Positions 31,232 through 40,844 of a DNA stretch of 64,000 nt are shown here, piece by piece. The stretch is taken from the NCBI GenBank assembly GCA_021787445.1, contig JAJYLV010000002.1, positions 6,340-70,339 of the forward strand, read 5' to 3'. A program made the translations under genes and the position numbers. The first letter of the stretch is position 1, and each line of letters starts with the position of its first letter. This DNA is from Chloroflexota bacterium. Lineage in GTDB: Bacteria > Chloroflexota > Limnocylindria > P2-11E. The notes beneath the pieces were generated by a model. It saw only the letters and a list, made by a program, of their open reading frames with translations. It did no database searches and had not been told where the DNA came from.

Positions 31232-31837
31232 ATGGTAAAGACCTCCCGCGGCGATCCGTACCTGCGGATCACGCGCGCCGCCCGACCTCTCTTCCTGCAG
31301 CGCGGCTTCGACAACACCTCCACCGACGCGATCGCGCAGACCGCGGGGGTGTCGAAGCGGACGCTCTACCACTGCTACCCGACCAAAGACGAGCTCCTCG
31401 CCGCCGTCATGCGCGACATGACGGTCGGCCGGCTGTCATCGGCCCCCGAGCTGTCGCTGCTTCCGAACGCGACTCGCGCGACGCTCGAGCGCGTCCTGAG
31501 GGACTTCGTACGTCTCGCGATCGCACGGACCATGGATCCGGAATACGTCGATCTCCTGCGTCTCGCGATCGGGGAGAGCGGGCGACGGCCCCAGCTCGCG
31601 ACGCTCCTGCGACAGGAGCTCGCCGGCGCGAAGACGCTTCGAGCGCTCCTGGTGGACGCACGCCGGTGGAAGCTGCTGCGTGCCGACGTGAACGTCGAGG
31701 TCGCCGCGCGGATGCTGGCCGGCGCGCTTCTCACCTGGGTCGTGAGCGATGGCGCGTTCAGCCGGCTGCCCAAGCCGCCGTCGCGCGCCGTGGTCGACGA
31801 GCTGGTTCGACTCTTCCTCGCCGCGGTCGCGTCGTGA
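31232..31837 (+). CDS. TetR/AcrR-family regulator
   Basis: FLQRGFDNTSTDAIAQTAGVSKRTLYHCYPTKDEL HTH. Confidence 0.92.
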   Translation: MVKTSRGDPYLRITRAARPLFLQRGFDNTSTDAIAQTAGVSKRTLYHCYPTKDELLAAVMRDMTVGRLSSAPELSLLPNATRATLERVLRDFVRLAIARTMDPEYVDLLRLAIGESGRRPQLATLLRQELAGAKTLRALLVDARRWKLLRADVNVEVAARMLAGALLTWVVSDGAFSRLPKPPSRAVVDELVRLFLAAVAS

Positions 31838-34056
31838 CGGCGACCGAAGCGGAGCCGCTCATCGTCAGGCTCGACGAGGCCGCCGGTCTGGCCCGATCGC
31901 TCCTCGGCGGCAAGGCCGCGAATCTCGCGCGTCTCGCGGCGGCCGGGCTCACCGTGCCTCGCGGCGTGGTCGTGACGTCCGCGGCCCGCGAGAGCTGGGA
32001 TGACGCCCGGTCGCGTGTCGCCGATGCCGTCGGCCGGCTCGGGGCGGGCCCGTTCGCGGTCCGCTCCTCCGGCGTCGCGGAAGACCTCGAGGGCGCATCT
32101 TTCGCCGGGCAGTACGAGACGCTGCTCGGAGTCGCCGCGGCGGATGTTCCCGACGCCGTGCGGCACGTCCTCGACTCGGCCGCCAGCGGACGCGTGTCGT
32201 CCTACCGGGCCGCGCGGAACGATCGGGAGCCGTCCGGCGAGGCGATGGCCGTGCTGATCCAGGTCATGGTGGATGCCGACGCGGCAGGCGTGAGCTTCTC
32301 CGCGAACCCGCTCACTGGAGCACGCGATGAGGTCGTGATCACGGCCGTTCGTGGGCTGGGAGAGCGGCTCGTGTCCGGCGAGGCCGTGGGGGAGCAGTGG
32401 GTCGGCCGCGGCAGCAGCGTCGAGCGTCGCTCGGGTGACGAAGAGGCGATCGACGAGCGGACCGCCCGCGAGGTCACGGAGCTGACGCGCCGGGTCGCGC
32501 GTCACTTCGGCGTGCCGCAGGACATCGAGTGGGCCGTTTCCGACGGCGTGCTCTACCTCCTTCAGGCGCGGCCGATGACGGCCCTGCCGGCTGCGGTCGA
32601 GTGGATCCCGCCGTACCCGGGGTGGTGGCTGCGCAACCTCCGGCTCGGAGAGTGGCTGCCGGACCCGGTGACGCCGCTCTTCGCGACCTGGCTCCTTCCG
32701 CGGCTCGACCTCGGCTACGCGGCCGCGACCGAGGAGGACATCGGCATCGCCATCGAGCCGGCGACGGCGATCATCAACGGCTGGTACTACACGACCCCGC
32801 AGGGACGCGGACCGCTCCGCGACGCGCTCTTCGAGCTCGTGCGTCGACCCCGCGCACTCGCCCGGATGATCACGCTGCTCCTGCTCGCGGGGCGCGCGCC
32901 GGAACGCGCCGATGGGCTCCTCACCACGCTCGCGACGCGCTGGCGGGAAGAGCGCCTGCCGGCATACGGCGACGCCGTGCGTGCCCGCGAGAGCGAGGCC
33001 GCGTCGGCGGGCCCGAGCGAGCTCGTCGCGGCGATCGATGAGGTCGGCGAGCTGGCGGGAAGGATCGCCTGGTCGATCGCGAGCGTCGCGGGATCGGCCT
33101 GGAAGGTCGAAGGCGCGTTCGCCCGCTTCTTCCAGGCGCACCTCTCCCGCCACATCGACGCGCCTTACCAGCGGTTGCTCATCGGCCTTCCCGGCGCCGC
33201 GCCGGGATCCGTCTCGCACGCGGTCCACAGCATCGACTGGCACTGGCCGACGGCGGTGACACCGCCGCCCGATGCGCGGGTCCAGGAGCGCCTGCGTGCC
33301 GAGCGTGAAGAGATGGAAGCCGCCTGTCGCGCCGCACTCGCGCCGGACTCCGCGCGCCTCGCTCGGTTCGACCGCCTGCTCGAAATGGCCCAGCGCTACG
33401 CCGTCATTCGCGAGCAGCAGACCCGCTCGTTCACGCTGGGCTGGCCGCTCCTGCGCCAGTGCGCACTGCGCCTCGGGACCATGCTGTGCGAGCGCGGGGC
33501 GATCGCGAGCGCCGAGGACGTCTTCTTCCTCGAACGAGACGAGGTCTCAGCCGCGCTCGCGGCCGACGGAACGACCACCCTGCACGGAACGACGCGCGAG
33601 CGGCGCCGGCTCTGGGACGCACAGCGCCGGCTGGCCGCGCCGCTCGAGATCGGCTCGCCTCCGGCGCTCGCGCGCAGCCAGATGATCGGGACCATCGAGA
33701 CGGCGCGGTCGAAGGCACCGCCGAGCGAAGGCGTGCTCGTGGGGCAGCCGGCCAGTCCCGGCCGCGCGACCGGCCGGGTCCGCATCGTGACGGGTCCGGA
33801 GGAGTTCGCGCGATTCGAGGCGGGCGAGGTGCTGGTCGCGCGAGCGACGGCACCAGCGTGGACGCCACTCTTCTCGCGCGCCGTCGCGGTCGTGACCGAC
33901 GGCGGGACGCTCGCCGCCCACGCTTCGCTCGTCGCGCGCGAGTTCGGGATCCCGGCGGTGGTCGCGACCGGCGACGCGACGCGGCGCCTCCACGACGGTC
34001 AGACCGTCACCGTCGACGGCGCGGTCGGCGTGGTCGAGGTCGAACGCGAACGCTGA
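31834..34056 (+). CDS. PEP-utilising enzyme/dikinase with rifampin-phosphotransferase-like architecture
   Basis: N-terminal ATP-grasp (GGKAANL, VRSS..ED...SFAGQYET, QDIEWA, LQARP); C-terminal His swivel domain (AHASLVAREFGIP). Confidence 0.88.
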   Translation: MTATEAEPLIVRLDEAAGLARSLLGGKAANLARLAAAGLTVPRGVVVTSAARESWDDARSRVADAVGRLGAGPFAVRSSGVAEDLEGASFAGQYETLLGVAAADVPDAVRHVLDSAASGRVSSYRAARNDREPSGEAMAVLIQVMVDADAAGVSFSANPLTGARDEVVITAVRGLGERLVSGEAVGEQWVGRGSSVERRSGDEEAIDERTAREVTELTRRVARHFGVPQDIEWAVSDGVLYLLQARPMTALPAAVEWIPPYPGWWLRNLRLGEWLPDPVTPLFATWLLPRLDLGYAAATEEDIGIAIEPATAIINGWYYTTPQGRGPLRDALFELVRRPRALARMITLLLLAGRAPERADGLLTTLATRWREERLPAYGDAVRARESEAASAGPSELVAAIDEVGELAGRIAWSIASVAGSAWKVEGAFARFFQAHLSRHIDAPYQRLLIGLPGAAPGSVSHAVHSIDWHWPTAVTPPPDARVQERLRAEREEMEAACRAALAPDSARLARFDRLLEMAQRYAVIREQQTRSFTLGWPLLRQCALRLGTMLCERGAIASAEDVFFLERDEVSAALAADGTTTLHGTTRERRRLWDAQRRLAAPLEIGSPPALARSQMIGTIETARSKAPPSEGVLVGQPASPGRATGRVRIVTGPEEFARFEAGEVLVARATAPAWTPLFSRAVAVVTDGGTLAAHASLVAREFGIPAVVATGDATRRLHDGQTVTVDGAVGVVEVERER

Positions 34057-34231
34057 ACGCGTTACGGAGCCGCCGGCGCCACGCGCTGAGTGACGAGCAG
34101 GCGGCGAGGAGCAGTGCCTGGCGCCGGTCCGGCCCGGCGTATCTGCGGAACAGGTCGGCCGCGCCACCGGTCGCATCCCCGGATGCCGGGCGACATAACA
34201 TCGGCTCCAGCGACCGACCGGGAGGGTATCC

Positions 34232-34435
34232 GTGATCAGCAGCAACGCACGCGACCGTGTGAAGCGCTCCATCGACCAGCTCGAGGAGCTCTTCCACACC
34301 TACGACGACCGTTCGTCCGCCGACGTCAACGACTCCTACGAGGCCGCGCTGGATCGGGGCAAGGCCATCGCTTTCCAGGAGGCGGCGCACCTGGTGAAGG
34401 CCGCGCTGCACGACATCGACGTGAAGTCGCTCTGA
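34232..34435 (+). CDS. Small hypothetical protein (67 aa)
   Basis: SD GGAGG; GC-rich third positions; TGATG coupling to the next gene. Confidence 0.7.
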   Translation: MISSNARDRVKRSIDQLEELFHTYDDRSSADVNDSYEAALDRGKAIAFQEAAHLVKAALHDIDVKSL

Positions 34436-34722
34436 TGATCACGGCCATCGTCCTCGTCAACGCGGAAAAGCAGGCGCTCGGCGATCTCGGCGAGCGCCTC
34501 GCGGCCGTCGACGGCGTGTCGGAGGTGTACTCGGTCACGGGCGAGATCGACCTCATCGCGATGGTCCGCGCGCGCGGGCACGAGGAGCTCGCCGACATCG
34601 TGACGAAGAAGATCGCGCAGGTGCCGGGCGTAGCGCGGACGCACACCCACGTGGCCTTCCGCATGTACTCGCGGCACGACCTCGAGTCCGTGTTCGCCAT
34701 CGGCGGCGACGCCTCTACCTAG
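34435..34722 (+). CDS. Stand-alone Lrp/AsnC ligand-binding domain protein
   Basis: ITAIVLVN...[16 protein letters not shown]...GVARTHT motifs. Confidence 0.85.
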   Translation: MITAIVLVNAEKQALGDLGERLAAVDGVSEVYSVTGEIDLIAMVRARGHEELADIVTKKIAQVPGVARTHTHVAFRMYSRHDLESVFAIGGDAST

Positions 34723-34751
34723 CACTCCGCGCTCTACCTAGACTGACCCAC

Positions 34752-37253
34752 GTGCGCGCCGTCGTGATGGCCGGCGGCGAGGGGAGCCGCCTTCGTCCGC
34801 TCACGATCAACCGTCCGAAGCCGATGGTGTCGATCGTGAACAAGCCGTGTCTCGGGCACATCTTCGATCTGCTCAAGCGGCACGGGATCACGGACGCGTT
34901 CGTCACGCTCCAGTACCTGGCGAGCGTCATCCAGGACGCCTACGGCGACGGCGGATCGGTCGGCATGCGGCTCCGTTACAGCGTCGAGGAGACGCCGCTC
35001 GGGACCGGTGGATCTGTCCGCCAGATCGGCGACGCCCTCGGCGAGCTCCCGTTCCTCGTCATCTCGGGCGACGCCCTCACGGACATCGACCTCGGGAAGA
35101 TCATGGCCTTCCATCACGAGAGGGGCGCGGCCGTGACGCTGTGCCTCAAGCACGTGCCCGACCCTCTCGAATACGGAGTGGTCATCACGAACGCCGACGG
35201 CCGCATCACGAACTTCCTCGAGAAGCCGTCGTGGGGCGAGGTCTTCTCGGACACGATCAACACCGGCATCTACGTCATCGACCCGCGCGTGCTCGAACGG
35301 TTCGCGGTGGGGACGCCGTTCGACTTCAGCAGGGACCTCTTCCCGCAGCTCCTCGCCGACGGCGAGGCCCTCTACGGATACGCCGCGGAGGGATACTGGA
35401 CCGACATCGGGAGCATCGCCGAGTACACGCGCGCGAACGCGGACGTCCTTCACGGACAGGTGCGGGTCGCGCCGCTGGGGCGCGAGGTGCGTCCAGGCGT
35501 GTGGGCGGACGGCGAGGTCGAGATCGACGACAGCGCGGACGTCCGCGGTCCGGTCTTCCTCGGCGAGGGTACGAAGGTCGGACCCCAGGCGCAGGTCATC
35601 GGACCGACCGTGCTGCGCGACTACGTGGTCGTCGAGCCGGGCGCGGTCATCGACCGCTCCATCGTGTGGCGCAACAGCTACATCGGCGAGCGCTCCGAGG
35701 TCCACGGCTCGATCGTCGGACGGCAGTGCGCGCTGAAGGCGCGCGTCGTCCTCGAGGAGGGCAGCGTCGTCGCCGACCACTCGATCGTGGGCGAGGGCGC
35801 GCGCGTCCGGGCGCAGGTGAAGGTGTGGCCCGACAAGCAGATCGAGAGCGGCGCCGTCGTCGGGTCGAGCCTCATCTGGGGCGCGCAGGGGCGCCGCGCG
35901 CTGTTCGGCCGATTCGGCGTCACCGGGATCGTCAACGTCGACCTCACGCCGGAGCTCGCGGCCGGCCTCGGTGCGGCGTACGCGTCGACCCTCGCGCCCG
36001 GCACCACGGTGACGATGAACCGCGACCAGCACCGCACGAGCCGCATGCTCAAGCGCGCGATCATGAGCGGCGTCGTCGGGAGCGGCATCCACGTCGCCGA
36101 CCTTGGGCAGGTCCCGCTCCCCATCGACCGTTACGAGACGCGGCGGATCGGCGCCGCCGGCGGAGCGCACGTGCGCATCTCGCCCTTCGACGACCGCGTG
36201 TGCGACATCAAGTTCTTCGACCAGCAGGCGCTCGACATGGGCCGCGCGCAGGAGCGCAAGGTCGAGAACGTGTATTTCCGCGAGGATGTCCGGCGAGTGA
36301 CGTACGACGACGTCGGACAGATCTATGACCTCCCGCGGATCGGCGAGGCGTACAGCGAGGCGTTCCTCGGAGAGGTCGCGAACAAGCGCGCGATCGCCGA
36401 GGCTCACTTCAAGATCGTCGTCAACTACTCGCACGGCATGGGCGCTCAGTTCCTGCCGCAGCTCCTCAGCTCGCTCGGCGTCGAGGTCGTCGCCATCAAC
36501 GCGGTCGTGTCGGAGAGCGTCGGAGCGCGCTCGCTCGAGGCCTTCCAGCAGGAGATGCGCGAGCTCGCCGCGATCACCTCGACGCTGCGCGCGAGCTTCG
36601 GGGTCACGATCGACGCCGGCGCCGAGAAGGTCTTCTTCGCCGACGACCGCGGCCGGATCGCGGAAGACCGCCACTTCCTCACCGCGTTCGTCGGGCTCGC
36701 CGCGCGCGTCTCTCCGGGCGTCGTCGCGGTGCCCGTCTTCGCGCCCTCGGCCATCGAGACGATCGTGGCGGAGGCCGGCGGCCGCGTGCTCCGGGTCCGG
36801 AACTCGGCGGAGGCGCAGATGCGCTTCGCCGCGCGTGAGGATCCGCTCATCGTCGCGGACGGCCTGGGTGGCTTCATCTTCTCGCACTTCCACCCGTCCT
36901 TCGATGGGCTCTTCGCGGTCGTGAAGCTGATCGAGCTGCTCGCCGTCACGCGGACGAGCCTCGCCGAGCTCATCGATCGGACGCCGACACCGCGGATGGC
37001 GCGGCTGAAGGTCGCCTGTCCGTGGGAGGAGAAGGGCCGCGTCATGCGGATGCTCGCGCAGGAGCCGGCGACGGAGCGGACCAAGCAGGTCGACGGCGTG
37101 AAGCACGTGTACGACGGCGAGTGGGTCCTCGTCCTGCCGGACGCGGACCAGCCGCTGTTCAACGTGTGGGCCGAAGCGCACGACGAGGGACGCGCATGGG
37201 CGCTCGCCCATGAGTACGCGGAGCGCGTCGGATCGCTGCGGATGGCGTCGTAA
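34752..37253 (+). CDS. Mannose-1-phosphate guanylyltransferase-like nucleotidyltransferase fused to a phosphohexomutase-like domain
   Basis: [23 protein letters not shown] and FLEKP motifs, LbH repeats, then PMM-like domains. Confidence 0.88.
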   Translation: MRAVVMAGGEGSRLRPLTINRPKPMVSIVNKPCLGHIFDLLKRHGITDAFVTLQYLASVIQDAYGDGGSVGMRLRYSVEETPLGTGGSVRQIGDALGELPFLVISGDALTDIDLGKIMAFHHERGAAVTLCLKHVPDPLEYGVVITNADGRITNFLEKPSWGEVFSDTINTGIYVIDPRVLERFAVGTPFDFSRDLFPQLLADGEALYGYAAEGYWTDIGSIAEYTRANADVLHGQVRVAPLGREVRPGVWADGEVEIDDSADVRGPVFLGEGTKVGPQAQVIGPTVLRDYVVVEPGAVIDRSIVWRNSYIGERSEVHGSIVGRQCALKARVVLEEGSVVADHSIVGEGARVRAQVKVWPDKQIESGAVVGSSLIWGAQGRRALFGRFGVTGIVNVDLTPELAAGLGAAYASTLAPGTTVTMNRDQHRTSRMLKRAIMSGVVGSGIHVADLGQVPLPIDRYETRRIGAAGGAHVRISPFDDRVCDIKFFDQQALDMGRAQERKVENVYFREDVRRVTYDDVGQIYDLPRIGEAYSEAFLGEVANKRAIAEAHFKIVVNYSHGMGAQFLPQLLSSLGVEVVAINAVVSESVGARSLEAFQQEMRELAAITSTLRASFGVTIDAGAEKVFFADDRGRIAEDRHFLTAFVGLAARVSPGVVAVPVFAPSAIETIVAEAGGRVLRVRNSAEAQMRFAAREDPLIVADGLGGFIFSHFHPSFDGLFAVVKLIELLAVTRTSLAELIDRTPTPRMARLKVACPWEEKGRVMRMLAQEPATERTKQVDGVKHVYDGEWVLVLPDADQPLFNVWAEAHDEGRAWALAHEYAERVGSLRMAS

Positions 37254-37324
37254 GTGCTTCGCACGGACATCCATGGCTCGTGCGTCAGCGCCAGCACGCT
37301 GCCGCTGGCTGCCCTGGCGCGGCT

Positions 37325-38194
37325 GTGAGCGTACGCATCGCCGTCGCGCAGTGCGCCCCGGCGCTCGGAGCATTCAAGAGGAACCTCGACCTGCATCTCG
37401 CCACGATCGAGCGGGCACGGGAGGCCGGCGCGCAGGTGGTCGTGTTCCCCGAGCTGTCCCTCACGGGCTACTACGTGAAGGATCTCGCGACCGACCTCGC
37501 GTGCGCGCCGGACGACGCCGCGCTCGCGCCGCTCGCCAAGGCGGCGAACGGCATCGACGTCGTCGCCGGCTTCGTCGAGCGCTCGCCCGACGCGCGGATC
37601 CACATCGCGAGCGGCTACTGGTCGGGCGGGGCGGTCCGCCACGTTCACCGCAAGGTGTACCCGCCGACGTACGGGATCTTCGACGATGCTCGCTACTTCG
37701 CGCGCGGCGAGCGGTTCGACGTGTTCCCCAGCGCGCTCGGACCGGCGGGGATCGCGATCTGTGAGGACGCGTGGCACATGTCCACTCCGTACCTCTACGC
37801 CGTGCGCGGCGCGCACGTCCTCCTCTACGTCGCCGCGAGCCCCGGACGCGGCGTCTCGGAGGGCGGCGACCTCGGCACCGCCGAGTCGTGCCGCCTCATG
37901 GACGCCTTCTACGCCCAGTACCTGACGATGTACGTCGTCTTCGTGAACCGCGTCGGGCACGAGGATGGGATCGCGTTCTGGGGCGGCTCCGAGGTCGTCG
38001 CGCCCGACGGCACCGTCGTCGCGCGCGCGAAGGAGTTCGAGGAGGATCTCCTCGTCGCCGAGATCGATCCTCTCCTCGCCGCTCGCGAGCGCGCGCGGAA
38101 CCCTCTCCTGCGCGACGAGCGGCACGACCTCGTGCTCCGCCACCTCGCCGAGCGGGTCGGGATGCCGCGCGGTCTCAAAGAGGTGCTGGACTGA
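37325..38194 (+). CDS. Nitrilase-family C-N hydrolase (probable glutaminase partner of NadE)
   Basis: Catalytic E-K-C in FPELS, HRKVY and ICEDAW; NRVG.EDG. Confidence 0.88.
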   Translation: MSVRIAVAQCAPALGAFKRNLDLHLATIERAREAGAQVVVFPELSLTGYYVKDLATDLACAPDDAALAPLAKAANGIDVVAGFVERSPDARIHIASGYWSGGAVRHVHRKVYPPTYGIFDDARYFARGERFDVFPSALGPAGIAICEDAWHMSTPYLYAVRGAHVLLYVAASPGRGVSEGGDLGTAESCRLMDAFYAQYLTMYVVFVNRVGHEDGIAFWGGSEVVAPDGTVVARAKEFEEDLLVAEIDPLLAARERARNPLLRDERHDLVLRHLAERVGMPRGLKEVLD

Positions 38195-39078
38195 CCGTTC
38201 ACCCGCGGCGCGAGCAGCGCGTCGGCGCGATCCGGCCCGACCCCGGCGACCTGTCGCCGCTCCGCATCGACGAGGCGCTCGTCCGGCGGATGCTCGTCGC
38301 GTTCCTCCGCGCCGAGACGGCGAAGGTCGGGCTGCGCCGGGCGGTGGTCGGGCTGTCCGGCGGCGTCGACAGCGCCGTCGCTCTCGCGCTCGCCGCCGAA
38401 GCGTTCGGCCCGGAGCGCGTGCTCGCGGTCCACACCCCCTACCGCACCAGCAGTCCGGCCTCGCTCGAGGACGCGCGCGCCGTCGCCGACCGCTGCGGCG
38501 TGGAGCTGCGCGTCATGCCGATCACCGCGCAGATCGACGCGTACCGCGAGCTGGTCGGCGAGGAGATGCAGCGCGTCCGTCTCGGGAACAAGATGGCGCG
38601 CGAGCGCAAGTCCATCGAGTTCGACCTCGCGTGGCCGGACGGCGCCGTCATCGGGACGAGCAACAAGACGGAGCTGCTCCTGGGATACGGCACCTGGTTC
38701 GGCGACATGGCCTCGTCGCTCAACCCCGTCGGCGACCTCTACAAGACGCAGCTGCGCGAGCTCGCGGTGCTGCTGGGGATCCCGGAGCGGGTCGTGAAGA
38801 AGCCGCCGACGGCGGAGCTGTGGCTCGGCCAGACCGACGAGGAGGAGCTCGGCTTCACGTACGCCCAGGCCGACCTGATCCTGTACTTCCTCGTCGATCG
38901 CCGCGCGCGGCCGGAGGAGCTGCTCGCCGCCGGCTTCGGCGCCGTGCTCGTCGGCCGCATCCGTGAGATGGTGCGGAAGAGCCACTTCAAGCGGGTGACC
39001 CCGCTCATCGCGAAGGTGAGCCTGCGCACGATCGGCCACGACTTCCTCTATCCCCGCGACTGGGAGGCCGATCGATGA
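38191..39078 (+). CDS. nadE: NAD+ synthetase
   Basis: GLSGGVDS, GNKMARER, GTSNKTE, GDLYKTQ and PTAELW.GQTDE motifs; start uncertain. Confidence 0.93.
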   Translation: MTVHPRREQRVGAIRPDPGDLSPLRIDEALVRRMLVAFLRAETAKVGLRRAVVGLSGGVDSAVALALAAEAFGPERVLAVHTPYRTSSPASLEDARAVADRCGVELRVMPITAQIDAYRELVGEEMQRVRLGNKMARERKSIEFDLAWPDGAVIGTSNKTELLLGYGTWFGDMASSLNPVGDLYKTQLRELAVLLGIPERVVKKPPTAELWLGQTDEEELGFTYAQADLILYFLVDRRARPEELLAAGFGAVLVGRIREMVRKSHFKRVTPLIAKVSLRTIGHDFLYPRDWEADR

Positions 39079-39151
39079 CCGGGACGCTCTGGACGCGCAG
39101 CGCCGACCGTCACTGCTCTGAGGCGGAGGCCAAGATCCGAGACCGCGTGGC

Positions 39152-40099
39152 ATGAATGAGCTCGCGGTCGAGATAGAGCCGGTCCCACCGGCTCCGGTCC
39201 CGGTCGAGCCGCCGGTCCGGCTCGCCCTCGGCTACGCGCTCGCGCTCGCGAGCGCGGCGCTCTACGGCCTCGGCGGCGTCATGGCGAAGGACGCGTTCAA
39301 GGCGGGGATCGAGCCCAGCGAGCTCGCCGAGCTGCGCGCGCTGTTCTCGTTCCTCGTGCTGTTCGTGGTCCTCGCGCTGTTCGGCCGTCGGCATCTGACC
39401 GTCCGGCGCGCGGACCTTCCGATCCTCGCCCTCTTCGGCGCGCTCGGCATCGCCGCGGTGAACGGGTCGTACTACGAGACGATCCAGCGCCTGCCGCTCG
39501 GCGTGGCGCTCGTCATCCAGTACACGGCGCCGCTCCTGCTCCTCGTCATCGCGCGCGTCCTCGGCCGCAGCGTCGGACGACGGCTGTGGATCGCCGGTGC
39601 CCTGACCCTCGTCGGCTGCTACTTCGTCGTCGGCGCGTACGACGCCTCGCTGCGGCAGATGAACGCGCCGGGGACGGCGTGGGCGCTCGTTGCGATGCTC
39701 ACGTTCGCGGCGTACTTCCTCATCGCCGAGCGCGTCGTCCGGCGCTACGCGCCGTGGACGCTGCTCCTGTGGGGTCTCCTCTTCGCGAGCGTCGCCTGGA
39801 GCCTCTACCGCGTCCCGACCCAGCTCCCGTGGAACGTCGTGGCGCTCGAGTGGCCGCTCATCGTCGGGATCGTGTTCGTCGCGACCCTCTTCCCGTACGT
39901 CCTCTCGCTCGGCGCGGTGTCGCTCCTGCCGGCCCCCCGCGTCGGCCTCACGTCGACGTTCGAGCCCGTCGTCGGCGCCGTCGCGGGCGCCGCGCTGCTC
40001 GGCGAGATCCTCCAGCCGGCGCAGATCGTCGGCGGGGTCCTCGTCCTCTTCGCGATCGCCCTGGTGCAGACCGTACGAGTACGCGCCGGCGGCGTCTAG
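39152..40099 (+). CDS. EamA/DMT-family transporter
   Basis: About 10 hydrophobic helices; IQYTAP and TFEPVVG motifs. Confidence 0.88.
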   Translation: MNELAVEIEPVPPAPVPVEPPVRLALGYALALASAALYGLGGVMAKDAFKAGIEPSELAELRALFSFLVLFVVLALFGRRHLTVRRADLPILALFGALGIAAVNGSYYETIQRLPLGVALVIQYTAPLLLLVIARVLGRSVGRRLWIAGALTLVGCYFVVGAYDASLRQMNAPGTAWALVAMLTFAAYFLIAERVVRRYAPWTLLLWGLLFASVAWSLYRVPTQLPWNVVALEWPLIVGIVFVATLFPYVLSLGAVSLLPAPRVGLTSTFEPVVGAVAGAALLGEILQPAQIVGGVLVLFAIALVQTVRVRAGGV

Positions 40100-40154
40100 C
40101 GGCTACGCGAGCCAGCGGATCGCGCGCCGCACGGGCCCACTAGGATCGCGCCGC

Positions 40155-40835
40155 GTGGGGAAGCTGTATCTCGTCGCGACGCCCATCGGGAACCTCGAGG
40201 ACGTGTCGCCGCGGGCGCTGCGCATCCTCCAGGAGGCCCACATGGTCGCCTGCGAGGACACTCGCCACACTCAGATCCTCCTCCGGAAGCACGGCATCCG
40301 AGCGAAGCACCTGACCTCGTACAACGAGTTCAACCACCGCCGCAAGGTGGGCGAGCTGATCGGCCAGCTCGACCGCGCCTGGGACATCGCGCTCGTGTCC
40401 GACGCGGGGACCCCGGCGCTGTCCGATCCGGGCGAGGCCCTCGTCGCCGCGGCGATCGCCGCGGGTCACGAGGTCGTCCCCATCCCCGGCCCCTCGGCCT
40501 CCGTCGCGGCCCTCGTCGCGTCCGGGCTCCCGACCCGCGAGTTCACGTTCGTCGGCTTCGTCCCGAAGAAGAGCGGGCAGCGCCAGCGTCTGCTCCGCGA
40601 GCTCCTCGCCGCGCGGCGAACGATCGTCCTGTACGAGAGCCCGTACCGCGTCGCCGACCTGCTCGGAGACCTCGCGGCGGTGGACCCGGCGGCGCGCGTC
40701 GCCATCGCACGCGAGCTCACGAAGCTGCACGAGGAGATCGAGCGCGGTACGGCGTCCGACCTCGCCGCGCGGTACGCGGGGACGGCCGTGAAGGGCGAGA
40801 TCACGGTGGTGATCGCGCCCCCCGAGCGTCCCTAG
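40155..40835 (+). CDS. rsmI: 16S rRNA C1402 2'-O-methyltransferase
   Basis: LVATPIGNLED, CEDTR, SDAGTP..SDPG, YESP and RELTKLHEE motifs. Confidence 0.96.
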   Translation: MGKLYLVATPIGNLEDVSPRALRILQEAHMVACEDTRHTQILLRKHGIRAKHLTSYNEFNHRRKVGELIGQLDRAWDIALVSDAGTPALSDPGEALVAAAIAAGHEVVPIPGPSASVAALVASGLPTREFTFVGFVPKKSGQRQRLLRELLAARRTIVLYESPYRVADLLGDLAAVDPAARVAIARELTKLHEEIERGTASDLAARYAGTAVKGEITVVIAPPERP

Positions 40836-40844
40836 ACTGGACCG

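Noticed and set aside
29756-34210. Direct-repeat (att-like) boundaries of the DUF1214-TetR-dikinase block (ACATCGG.CTC near 29759 and 34198)
   Set aside because: Match too short and imperfect; no integrase, transposase or tRNA nearby
34720-34727. TAGCACTC, a CIRCE left half-site
   Set aside because: No matching right arm 9 nt downstream
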